This document shows, piece by piece, positions 17,363 to 24,736 of a stretch of DNA of 64,000 nucleotides; position 1 is the stretch's first letter; every line of letters begins with the position of its first letter. The position numbers were made by a program, and so were the translations under genes. The stretch covers positions 192,001 through 256,000 of the IMG/VR virus record IMGVR_UViG_3300045988_174371; one strand, given 5' to 3'. Below the pieces are notes generated by a model that saw only the letters and a list, made by a program, of their open reading frames with translations, made no database searches and was not told where the DNA came from. Origin of the DNA: a virus.

Positions 17363-19953
17363 TAGGGGGTGCCTTCCTTTGGTGTGCTTTGGTCTTTGCG
17401 GGTTTGGACGCTTTCAGAGATGACTCCGCTCATGTTTCGCGGCTGGAATTTGACGGGCGGTAGTTGCTCTGATGCCGGTTTAGCGGGTTGGGTTAGTCGC
17501 GGCTTTTTGGGTGTTTGCGGGGGTGTTCCTTTCGGAGCTTGAACGATTTTAGGTTTCTTCACCTTGTTCATAGCGCCTGCGGGGGTACTTGGGCGAGGTG
17601 GTGCCACCGGGGGCGTTACGGGAACTGCTACCTGCGGAGCTACCGGGGGCTTGCTCTTCGGTGCTTGAGCCTTGCTTACAGTGGGTTTGGTTCGCGCTGT
17701 GGTCGGCTTGCTCTCCCTACGCTTAGGCGTTGTGGTACCCTCTTGGGTCTGTGCCTTAACGCGGGGCTTTGGGTAGCGTTTCGGGGTGGTTGTTGTGGTG
17801 GGCGGGGTGACGGGTTCAGATGGTACGCGGGGGAGCTTGGTGAGTACCTGTTCGGGGAGGATGATGTGGGTGAGCGTACCGTCCATCCTTTCGCGTATTT
17901 CCTTGGTGATGGGGTCAGTGTAGGGGGTTTTGCGGATTATCATGCCTTCGGTGTAGAAGGAGCCCTTGTCTGGGTTTGGGCGGCGGAGGTTGATGAGCTG
18001 TTCCTCAGACACGCGGGGCACGATAGCCTTTTCGGAGGACTTGTAGTAGCGTCGGTTGTCGTCCCACTGGAGGAGGTTCTTCCAGATAACACGCTCTCGC
18101 TTTGAGTCCACCTTGTAGCGCCTGATTTCTTTGGTTCCAACGAGGGAGACGATTCGCTTTGCGGTTTCGCCGCCCTTCATGCCACCGAGCACTACTAGGG
18201 TATCTGCGTTTACGAGGAGGCTGTTCACTGCCGCAGGGTCGTTTTTCTCGTAGAGCTGTTCAAGGTTCTGCTGTCCAAGAGAGATGCCGACGTTAGATGA
18301 GCGCGCTTTTTCGAGTAGACCTGCGATGCTGGTTAGCGGGATGGTCTGAAACTCGTCAAAGAATATTTGGATGACGTTGAGTTTCTGGGTGTCGTCGCGG
18401 CGGCGGTGGGATGACATGCTTGTTAGGAGGCTTGCGAGCATTTTGCCGAAGCCGGTACTGACTTCCACTTCGGAGTCCGCGTTGAAGTCGAGCAGGACAA
18501 TGGATGGCTTCGCGCCGGGTGCGACGATTTCGTCAAAGTTGATGTATGGCTCTCCATTCTGGGGCAGACCTAGCCAGCGTCCGTATGCTGAATTAAGCAT
18601 GATGCTGACGTTTCCTCGGGGAGTCTCCCAGGAGTTCTTGATGTTGCCGGATGCACCTTCTAGGATGCGGCGGCGGAGGTCTGCGCCGGTTTTATTGCCT
18701 TCGGGAAGGTGGTTGAGTATGGCTTCCGGGTGCATGAGAGCGCCGCAGAATCGACGGAACTCACCGTTATGCCAAGGGACACCTGCTTGTTCCAGTTCGT
18801 CTGCGATGAGTGCGTATTCTGCGGGGTTACTGCGTTCTTTGCGTTTCATGTACACTTCAAGCTCATCTAGTGAGTTGAGGAGTATTTGGAGGGTTGCCCA
18901 AACGTCGTTCTTATATTTCTGAGCGTCGTCTTGGTACTTCTGGAAGCCGATTGCGATGTCCAGCTTCTCGGAAGGCTTCAACCCTGCGAAGGGGTCTAGG
19001 AATGCTGGGCCATGTGGATTGTAGGCGTTGTCGTATTCGCCGGTTTCGGGGTTACCTTGGGTGAAGTGGTAGAAGTTAATGTCTTCTTCGGCGGCGTAGT
19101 TCGCAAGTTTTCGGGCAAGCGCGAGGTCTGCCTTCATGTTCACTAGGATGCTGGTAATGCCTAGCTTTGCGTTGGCGCGGATTTCGCTTTCGGTGGTGGC
19201 GGTCTTACCGCTACCTGGGGAGCCGACTTTGATGACGTGGCGGGGAATTTCGGGGACGGTAAACCATACGCCTTCGCCTGACTCTTCGTTAATACCGTAG
19301 GCTACACCGGGGGACATGTCAGAGCGTTCGCCGGGTAGGATGAAGTTAGCGCCGGAGACGATTTGAGCTTCGAGCTTGTCGCGCTTGCGGCGTTGGAATG
19401 GGGTTAGGCGGTATTTGAACTTCTTCTCGCTCATCCAGAGTGAGTCGTTGTATTTAATCTCTTCGTTGTGGTCGTAGTCGTATTGGATTCTTACGGCTAG
19501 GAGCCAGCCTAGGAGCGACCCGAGGATGATGCCGCCTATGGTGAATGGCGCGCTGAATGAGCCCACCAGGTCGAAGATACCTGAGGGGCTGAGAAGGTAG
19601 TTGCCGGGGTTCTTGGTGAAGGCTGAGAAGGCGGCTGAGAACTTTTGAGGGATGTTCAGGATGAACCATAGTGCCAGCCCGACAAGGGCTGTTCCTCCCA
19701 TATAGAGTCCCACCTCGGATGCCTGCATCATCTTTTTGCGGGTGAGGTAGTAGTATGACCAGCTCACAATGATGATTACAGCGAACAGGGCGGGGCTACA
19801 GAGCACGAGTGCAACCAAGATGAGCGCCCATTTGGTGAGGGTGTATAGCAGACCTGAGATGAGGTCGCCGCCGCTGGAGCTATTTGAGGGGGGTGAGGTG
19901 TCGTTAGGGACTTCGTTACCTTCGCGCTGGTAGTTCAACGCTTCCTGGTTCAT
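17362..19953 (-). CDS. type IV coupling protein (VirD4/TraG/TraD family) with Pro-rich C-terminal tail
   Basis: N-terminal TM helices. Walker A KVGSPGSGKTATT. Walker B and TraG-D_C-like block VIQIFFDEFQTIPLTSIAGLLEKARSSNVGISLGQQNLEQLYE...ETAKRIVSLVGT. The last ~170 aa are P/T/K/Q-rich. Confidence 0.8.
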   Translation of the reverse strand: MNQEALNYQREGNEVPNDTSPPSNSSSGGDLISGLLYTLTKWALILVALVLCSPALFAVIIIVSWSYYYLTRKKMMQASEVGLYMGGTALVGLALWFILNIPQKFSAAFSAFTKNPGNYLLSPSGIFDLVGSFSAPFTIGGIILGSLLGWLLAVRIQYDYDHNEEIKYNDSLWMSEKKFKYRLTPFQRRKRDKLEAQIVSGANFILPGERSDMSPGVAYGINEESGEGVWFTVPEIPRHVIKVGSPGSGKTATTESEIRANAKLGITSILVNMKADLALARKLANYAAEEDINFYHFTQGNPETGEYDNAYNPHGPAFLDPFAGLKPSEKLDIAIGFQKYQDDAQKYKNDVWATLQILLNSLDELEVYMKRKERSNPAEYALIADELEQAGVPWHNGEFRRFCGALMHPEAILNHLPEGNKTGADLRRRILEGASGNIKNSWETPRGNVSIMLNSAYGRWLGLPQNGEPYINFDEIVAPGAKPSIVLLDFNADSEVEVSTGFGKMLASLLTSMSSHRRRDDTQKLNVIQIFFDEFQTIPLTSIAGLLEKARSSNVGISLGQQNLEQLYEKNDPAAVNSLLVNADTLVVLGGMKGGETAKRIVSLVGTKEIRRYKVDSKRERVIWKNLLQWDDNRRYYKSSEKAIVPRVSEEQLINLRRPNPDKGSFYTEGMIIRKTPYTDPITKEIRERMDGTLTHIILPEQVLTKLPRVPSEPVTPPTTTTTPKRYPKPRVKAQTQEGTTTPKRRESKPTTARTKPTVSKAQAPKSKPPVAPQVAVPVTPPVAPPRPSTPAGAMNKVKKPKIVQAPKGTPPQTPKKPRLTQPAKPASEQLPPVKFQPRNMSGVISESVQTRKDQSTPKEGTP

Positions 19954-20051
19954 GGTGTCCTTTACTTTCGTGAGTGTTTAGGGTTTACGGTTACTTTTCC
20001 TATAGCGTTTGTTGCGGGTGGGGCGTATTCCTCGATGTGCCCTGCGGCTGA

Positions 20052-20060
20052 TGGTAGAAT
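20052..20060 (+). promoter_or_regulatory. candidate extended -10 element (TGGTAGAAT) for the plus-strand 401-aa gene
   Basis: TGGTAGAAT lies 38 nt upstream of the ATG at 20098, in the 144-nt divergent intergenic region. No good -35 element. Confidence 0.25.
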
Positions 20061-20097
20061 TACTTTTATCTACTACTTCTTTTGAAAGGATTGCGCA

Positions 20098-21303
20098 ATG
20101 ATTTACGATGCGTTGGATTGGGGTGGCTTCGAGTTTCCCAAGGTTGAGGATTTCTTGAGGTTGCGCTCGCTTGGCTTGAAGGATTGCAGGTCTAAGTGCG
20201 ACTTTGAGGATTACAATTCTGGGCTTATAACGGATGTTCTGGGCGTTCCGACTGATTGGTTTGGTTGGCGTGTCAGTAATGCCTTTGGTGGTGGCGCTGA
20301 TGGGTGGTATGACGATATGAGGTCTGAGTATGGTTTCAAGGTGTGTGATGTTGCTGAGTTCTCAGGTCTTTCAGAGGATAATGTGGTTCAGCTGTATCGG
20401 GAAGGATGCCTGCTCGCTGAGCGTTCGTTGAAGGATGGGGAGCTACTTTTCCCGCCTATTCAGTTTGAGGATGTGGATGAGACGCGGCGCATTTCGCCTG
20501 AGTTCTTTGAGTGTGCCAAGATTTTGACGCGAGGCGGTTTTGGTGGTGAGCGGAGCGTGCATTTCTTGTTCTTTCCCACCACTAATTACGGGCTACTTAC
20601 TGCCGCTGAGTTGTTGAAGACTGGTGATGACGGCTTGCGGGCAATGGTTATTGCGGACACTCATAATTATGTTCTGAACACTTATGTTGAGAAGAGCGCG
20701 AACGAGTGGGTTGAAGTGACGAAGGGTTCGGTGCCTAATCCTGCTGTGGTTCAGGCTTTTGCTGGGTCTGGGTTCTTGGATGATTCGATGGTGGGCGAGT
20801 CAGATGGTGAGTTCATGTTTTCGGATGTTAGTAGGGTGTTGAAGATGAGTGAGGGGTTGATGCTTGCTCGGTCGCAGAGGGGAAGATGGGGTTATTCGGC
20901 GCGCTGGGGGCATGGGCTGTGTCATACGAGTGTTGCGCGTGCTTTAGGTTTGCCTGCTGAGGATGTTGTTTCGCTCTGCAAAAGCGGGGAATTGGTGGTT
21001 CTAGATGTGCAGGATATAGATGATGATTTCGAAGAAGCCTCTAGCTTGGAGTACACGGTGGCTGACTTTCACCTGCTGAGGGAAGGCTCTTGGGAAGAGG
21101 GCATTAAGGTTAGCTTGTGCCCTGCTTCTGTGAGGTTGGGTAGGGCGCTTCGGGAGTTGGGATGGTCACCTAGAGGTATTGCAAGCTTTATGGATTCGCC
21201 TTCGCCGTGGTTTGGTGTTGTGCCTCCGATAAGGTATGCGCGTCTTGGTGAGGAGTATGAGGCGACTGTGATTGCGGTTGCCGCCGCTTTGCCTTGCAGG
21301 TAA
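20098..21303 (+). CDS. hypothetical protein with two internal HTH-plus-antitoxin-like (DUF2384-like) repeats; candidate regulator
   Basis: Two similar units: VCDVAEFSGLSEDNVVQLYREGCLL ... FLFFPTTNYGLLTAAELLKTGDDGLRAMV, and TSVARALGLPAEDVVSLCKSGELVVLD ... FMDSPSPWFGVVPPIRYARLGEEYEATV. Transcribed divergently from the T4SS operon. Confidence 0.45.
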   Translation: MIYDALDWGGFEFPKVEDFLRLRSLGLKDCRSKCDFEDYNSGLITDVLGVPTDWFGWRVSNAFGGGADGWYDDMRSEYGFKVCDVAEFSGLSEDNVVQLYREGCLLAERSLKDGELLFPPIQFEDVDETRRISPEFFECAKILTRGGFGGERSVHFLFFPTTNYGLLTAAELLKTGDDGLRAMVIADTHNYVLNTYVEKSANEWVEVTKGSVPNPAVVQAFAGSGFLDDSMVGESDGEFMFSDVSRVLKMSEGLMLARSQRGRWGYSARWGHGLCHTSVARALGLPAEDVVSLCKSGELVVLDVQDIDDDFEEASSLEYTVADFHLLREGSWEEGIKVSLCPASVRLGRALRELGWSPRGIASFMDSPSPWFGVVPPIRYARLGEEYEATVIAVAAALPCR

Positions 21304-21320
21304 TTAGGAAGGTGCGCAGG

Positions 21321-21363
21321 GAAGAGCCCTCTACTTGGTTTTTTGCCAGGTAGAGGGCTCTTC
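21321..21363. terminator. bidirectional terminator between convergent genes
   Basis: GAAGAGCCCTCTAC-15 nt (T-rich)-GTAGAGGGCTCTTC, between the stop of 20098..21303 (+) and the stop of dnaG (-). Confidence 0.65.
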
Positions 21364-21376
21364 TTGTGTTTTGGGG

Positions 21377-23131
21377 CTATCGGCGGTTGCGGCGGTTTGC
21401 GCGGGTTAGCATTTTGAGGGTTGTGTTGAACTCGCGGGTGACTTGTTCGGGGGTGAGAGTTGTGCTGTCCGCTTTGGTGGGGGTGATGAGTAGTTCTGCT
21501 AGGGGTGGGTTGGTGAAGTTGTCTGGGTGGAGGGTTTTACCGGCATGGGTGAGCTGTACGGCTTCGTTGTAGAGGTGCTGGATGGTGGCTGGTAGTTCGT
21601 TCCAGACTGGTAGTTCGATGAGTTGTGCGTATGCGCCGTAGTATAGGGCAAGATGAAGGAGTTTGCGGGCGGCGAGTAGTTGCCTGTTGCCTGCTTCTAT
21701 TAGGGCGAGGGTGTTTGTGTAGGTGACTTCATCTTGGGTGTTTGTCCATTGGCGGGTTAGTGTGGTTTTGTTGGTTCCTTGGTGTTGGGTTTGCTGGCTG
21801 GGTTTGCGGTGGGTGGTGGCGTGGTTCGTGAGGGCTCGCTCTGCTTGGTAGGTGTTGGTGTTGGTGTATTGGGCTGTGGTGGTGATGATGAGTTGTTGGA
21901 GGGAGGGGGTTGTGGTGTTGTTCAGCATTGTTGCCGCTTCGTTGAGGAATGCGGTTTGGGTGGTGAAGCTTTGGGGGTTGTAGATGTTTGCGTAGTAGTT
22001 GAGCGCGGCGATGGTTAGCGGCTGGATTGCGGTGTTGAGGTGGTTGGAGAAGTTGGCTTGCCCGTACTGTTGGAGGTAGTCGCATGGGTCGAGGTTTTCG
22101 GGCATGGCTACTGCCCACGACTGCGCTTGGGCTTGTGGGGCAGTGTGGTATGCGGCGGCGGTGGCTTTCATGCCTGCCTTGTCGCCGTCGAGGATGTAGA
22201 TGATGTTCCCAGTTTCTCCGATAAGTCGCTGGAGGATTTTGATGTGTTGGGCGGTGATTGCGGTACCGCTGGTGGCGTAGACGTTGGTGTACCCGTTGTC
22301 GTACATTGCGATGACATCGAATTGTCCTTCTACGATGTAGCAGATGTTTGTTTCACGGGTGCGCTGGTTTGCGTGGGAGATGTTGGGGTTGTATAGAAGC
22401 TTTTCTTTTTCGAATATTGGGGTTGCGCGACCGTTCACGTATTTGCGTTCTTCGTCGGGGTTGAGGGCACGTCCAGTGAACGATACGGGGGTTCCGTGCA
22501 TGTCGGTAATGGCAAACATGAGGCGGTCGCGCCAGAAGTCGTATAGTTCGCCGGTGTCTTTGTTCTGGGAGCAGACTCCGGCTAGGGTTAGTTCGTGGGG
22601 GGTGTAGGTTTGGGTGAGATGCTTGGTGAGTGCGTTGCCGCCGGGGGCGTACCCGTAGTGAGGCAGGTTTGGGTTGAGGGCGCGTTTGGTGACCTGAGCT
22701 TTCGCGGGGTGGTTCTCAGGGAGGTTATCGTATTGTGCGGTGTAGAAGTTCCATGCGGCTGTGGTGATTTCTTTGAGTCGGCGGTTGCTGGTGACGTTGC
22801 CTTCGTCGGGGTTTCTTTTGGGTAGTTCGATGGGCGGTTGCGCTGTCTCGGCTAGGTATTCGATAGCGTCGGTGAAGTTGCCGCCGTTGGTTTCCATTAC
22901 GAGGCTGATAACGTCGCCGGATTCGCCGCAACCGAAGCAGTGGTATGTTCCGGTGAGGGTGTTCAGGTTGAAGGATGGGGTGTTCTCGTCGTGGAAGGGG
23001 CAGAGGGCTTTGGCGTTTACGCCGCTGATTTGGACGGCGGTGTCTTTGGTGTCGCGGAAGGTTTGTTCGAACACGTCGATGATGTCGTGTGCTTCACGTA
23101 CTTTCTGGATTAGTTCTTGGCTGTAGCGCAT
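21377..23131 (-). CDS. dnaG: DNA primase DnaG
   Basis: CHC2 zinc finger CPFHDENTPSFNLNTLTGTYHCFGCGESGD. Toprim motifs YIVEGQFDVIAMYDNG and ILDGDKAGMKAT. The C-terminal third is T/N/Q-rich low complexity followed by a helical domain. Confidence 0.85.
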   Translation of the reverse strand: MRYSQELIQKVREAHDIIDVFEQTFRDTKDTAVQISGVNAKALCPFHDENTPSFNLNTLTGTYHCFGCGESGDVISLVMETNGGNFTDAIEYLAETAQPPIELPKRNPDEGNVTSNRRLKEITTAAWNFYTAQYDNLPENHPAKAQVTKRALNPNLPHYGYAPGGNALTKHLTQTYTPHELTLAGVCSQNKDTGELYDFWRDRLMFAITDMHGTPVSFTGRALNPDEERKYVNGRATPIFEKEKLLYNPNISHANQRTRETNICYIVEGQFDVIAMYDNGYTNVYATSGTAITAQHIKILQRLIGETGNIIYILDGDKAGMKATAAAYHTAPQAQAQSWAVAMPENLDPCDYLQQYGQANFSNHLNTAIQPLTIAALNYYANIYNPQSFTTQTAFLNEAATMLNNTTTPSLQQLIITTTAQYTNTNTYQAERALTNHATTHRKPSQQTQHQGTNKTTLTRQWTNTQDEVTYTNTLALIEAGNRQLLAARKLLHLALYYGAYAQLIELPVWNELPATIQHLYNEAVQLTHAGKTLHPDNFTNPPLAELLITPTKADSTTLTPEQVTREFNTTLKMLTRANRRNRR

Positions 23132-23178
23132 CTGCGGTTCCTTTGTCTGAGTGGTGGGGTGCCGGTTACTGTGAGAGT

Positions 23179-23697
23179 TTAGTAGTACGTGCCGAAGTCG
23201 TGTTGTCGGCAGACGTAGCCGAATCGGGCGGGGAGACCGTCTTTCGTAACGGGTTTAGCTTTCTTTGTCTGTTCCCATTGTTCGACTGCTTGGCTCCATT
23301 CTTTGAAGATGTTGTCGTATTGGCTGTTGAGAGCCATGAGCTCTTCGATGGTTTCCTGAGGCTGTTCTTCGTTGGAGTGTTCTAGGTGCGCGCGCTGGGC
23401 GGCTTCGAGCCTGGGCTTTGCAACTTCCAGCAGGTTCCTCATCTTATTGGTGGCTTCAGTAGCGGCGGTGGCGATGGTGCGGCGGCTACTGTCTTTAGTT
23501 TTGGATGCCCAGGCTTCAATTTCTCGGTTGGTGACCGACATAGAGGTGAGGATGCTAGTGACGGAGTTGGTGAGGGCGGTGTATCCGACAAGGATAAGAG
23601 GCGGGACAGTACTCATGATGTGGGAGTCTTTCTTTTGGATGTGTTTAGAGAGTCGTGCGGCACCCCTGAAACCAGTAGGTAGACAGGGGTGCCGCAT
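23179..23697 (-). CDS. hypothetical protein (172 aa; true start may be the internal Met of MSTVPPL)
   Basis: ORF co-oriented between nrdH-like and dnaG. No motif recognised. Confidence 0.4.
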   Translation of the reverse strand: MRHPCLPTGFRGAARLSKHIQKKDSHIMSTVPPLILVGYTALTNSVTSILTSMSVTNREIEAWASKTKDSSRRTIATAATEATNKMRNLLEVAKPRLEAAQRAHLEHSNEEQPQETIEELMALNSQYDNIFKEWSQAVEQWEQTKKAKPVTKDGLPARFGYVCRQHDFGTYY

Positions 23698-23715
23698 TTG
23701 TTGTGTGGGGAGCTG

Positions 23716-24069
23716 TTACTGCTCGCTGGATTCGCTGATTGCCACCTTGAGCACGTCGGGGATGAAACCTGAGAAGCAGATTTCGTTCTCGTCGCTTTCA
23801 TGCTGGCTCACTCCGGGGAGGCTGAGGTAGCGTTCGGGGTGTTCCGTGCGGATGGTCACGATAGGTGCCTGCATGATGTTCGGGTAGCGGCTCTTGATGT
23901 ATTCCAGCTTCTCGGGCTGTTCGTCTACCTTGTAGTTGTCGTAGGTGATGCCTGCGCCGTCTAGTACTCGTGCAGTCTGCTTGCACTGGATGCATTTGTT
24001 CTTGCTGTAGACGGTAATCGTCGGAGTAGCCATCGGGTTTTCTCTCCCTGGTTGTAGTTGGTGGGACAT
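23716..24069 (-). CDS. nrdH: NrdH/glutaredoxin-like redoxin with C-terminal extension
   Basis: ITVYSKNKCIQCKQTARVLDGAGITYDNYKVDEQPEKLEYIKS...QAPIV is a thioredoxin-fold pattern with a CxxC (CIQC). An alternative start at MATPTITVY is possible. Confidence 0.6.
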   Translation of the reverse strand: MSHQLQPGRENPMATPTITVYSKNKCIQCKQTARVLDGAGITYDNYKVDEQPEKLEYIKSRYPNIMQAPIVTIRTEHPERYLSLPGVSQHESDENEICFSGFIPDVLKVAISESSEQ

Positions 24070-24205
24070 TCATATTCTACGTGTTCCGCCTTGGGTTTCA
24101 CAAGGCGGTTAGGTGGGGCGTAAGTATTTTTCTTCTAGCCCCAGTATGTCATAGCGGTTTCATTGTGGTTCTAAGGGGTGTTTGGGTGGGTCTCTGGTGT
24201 GCTCT

Positions 24206-24327
24206 GTGGCTATTTTGTGGGGAGAGTGGCTATTCGTGGTGCCTTAGGGACTTTTCGGGGTTATATGGATGGTTTTTCGGTAGTGGTTTTTTGGTAGGTT
24301 TTTGGGGTTTGGGTGGTTTTTCGGTAG
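24206..24327 (+). repeat. iteron-like short direct repeats in a C-depleted intergenic tract
   Basis: GTGGCTATT at 24206 and 24226 (20-bp spacing). TGGTTTTTCGGTAG at 24270 and 24314 (perfect), plus the one-mismatch copy TGGTTTTTTGGTAG at 24284. Confidence 0.55.
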
Positions 24328-24540
24328 CTGAGGGTAGGTGTGGGTGGCGTGTTGCGTGGCGTGTTTGCGGGGGTCGGGGTGTGTTGTGGGGTGGTTCTAC
24401 TATTGATTAGTGATAAGACTTATCCGGGGGTGGTGTTTTTGAGGCTGTTTAGGGCTTTGCGATGGTCGGCTTTGATGATTTGCGCTCTGCCGCTGTGGGG
24501 TTAGTTGATGCTAGGCGGAGCCGTTGGTCTGCTGACGTTT

Positions 24541-24569
24541 TTAAAAATAAAGGCGCAAGGGGGTATAAT
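24541..24569 (+). promoter_or_regulatory. candidate sigma-70-type promoter for the Rep-like gene
   Basis: TTAAAA (24541-24546), a 17-nt spacer, then TATAAT (24564-24569). This would give a ~165-nt leader. GGAGG at 24725-24729 precedes the GTG at 24737. Confidence 0.35.
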
Positions 24570-24736
24570 GGTGGTTGAGTTTTTGGGGCGACCGTCGGTA
24601 TCCTGTAGGTGAGGAAAAGCTGATGGTGAGTGAAAATGGTTTTGCCGTCCTATTGGTGGTGTGCTAGACTGTTCCCAATCACATGTTATGAAGTAATCTG
24701 TTTGTTTTAAGTACCTCGGAGAAAGGAGGGTCACTC

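Larger units (their letters stand above)
3703..19953 (-). mobile_element. conjugative type IV secretion (mating-pair formation plus coupling protein) gene module, Gram-positive/actinobacterial style
   Basis: A co-oriented, partly overlapping gene string. It encodes a coupling ATPase, a TcpC/VirB8-like protein, a small TM protein, a VirB4 N-domain protein, a VirB6-like polytopic giant, a lysozyme+NlpC/P60 hydrolase and several membrane-anchored proteins. No relaxase or oriT was recognised in the window. Confidence 0.65.

Noticed and set aside
17515-18922. Plus-strand ORFs 17515..18105 (196 aa) and 18371..18922 (183 aa)
   Set aside because: They are antisense to the coupling-protein gene, which has clear Walker A and B motifs. 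Their composition is R/G/L/S-rich, typical of shadow frames.
24081-24410. 109-aa plus-strand ORF (G/W/F/L/V-rich) in the large intergenic region
   Set aside because: Its composition simply mirrors the G/T-rich, C-depleted DNA. It has no SD and spans the iteron-like repeats. Treated as non-coding.
24501-24734. 77-aa minus-strand ORF overlapping the leader and promoter of the Rep-like gene
   Set aside because: It has no ribosome-binding site and lies antisense to a probable 5'-UTR. It is short, and its composition is not that of a real coding region.
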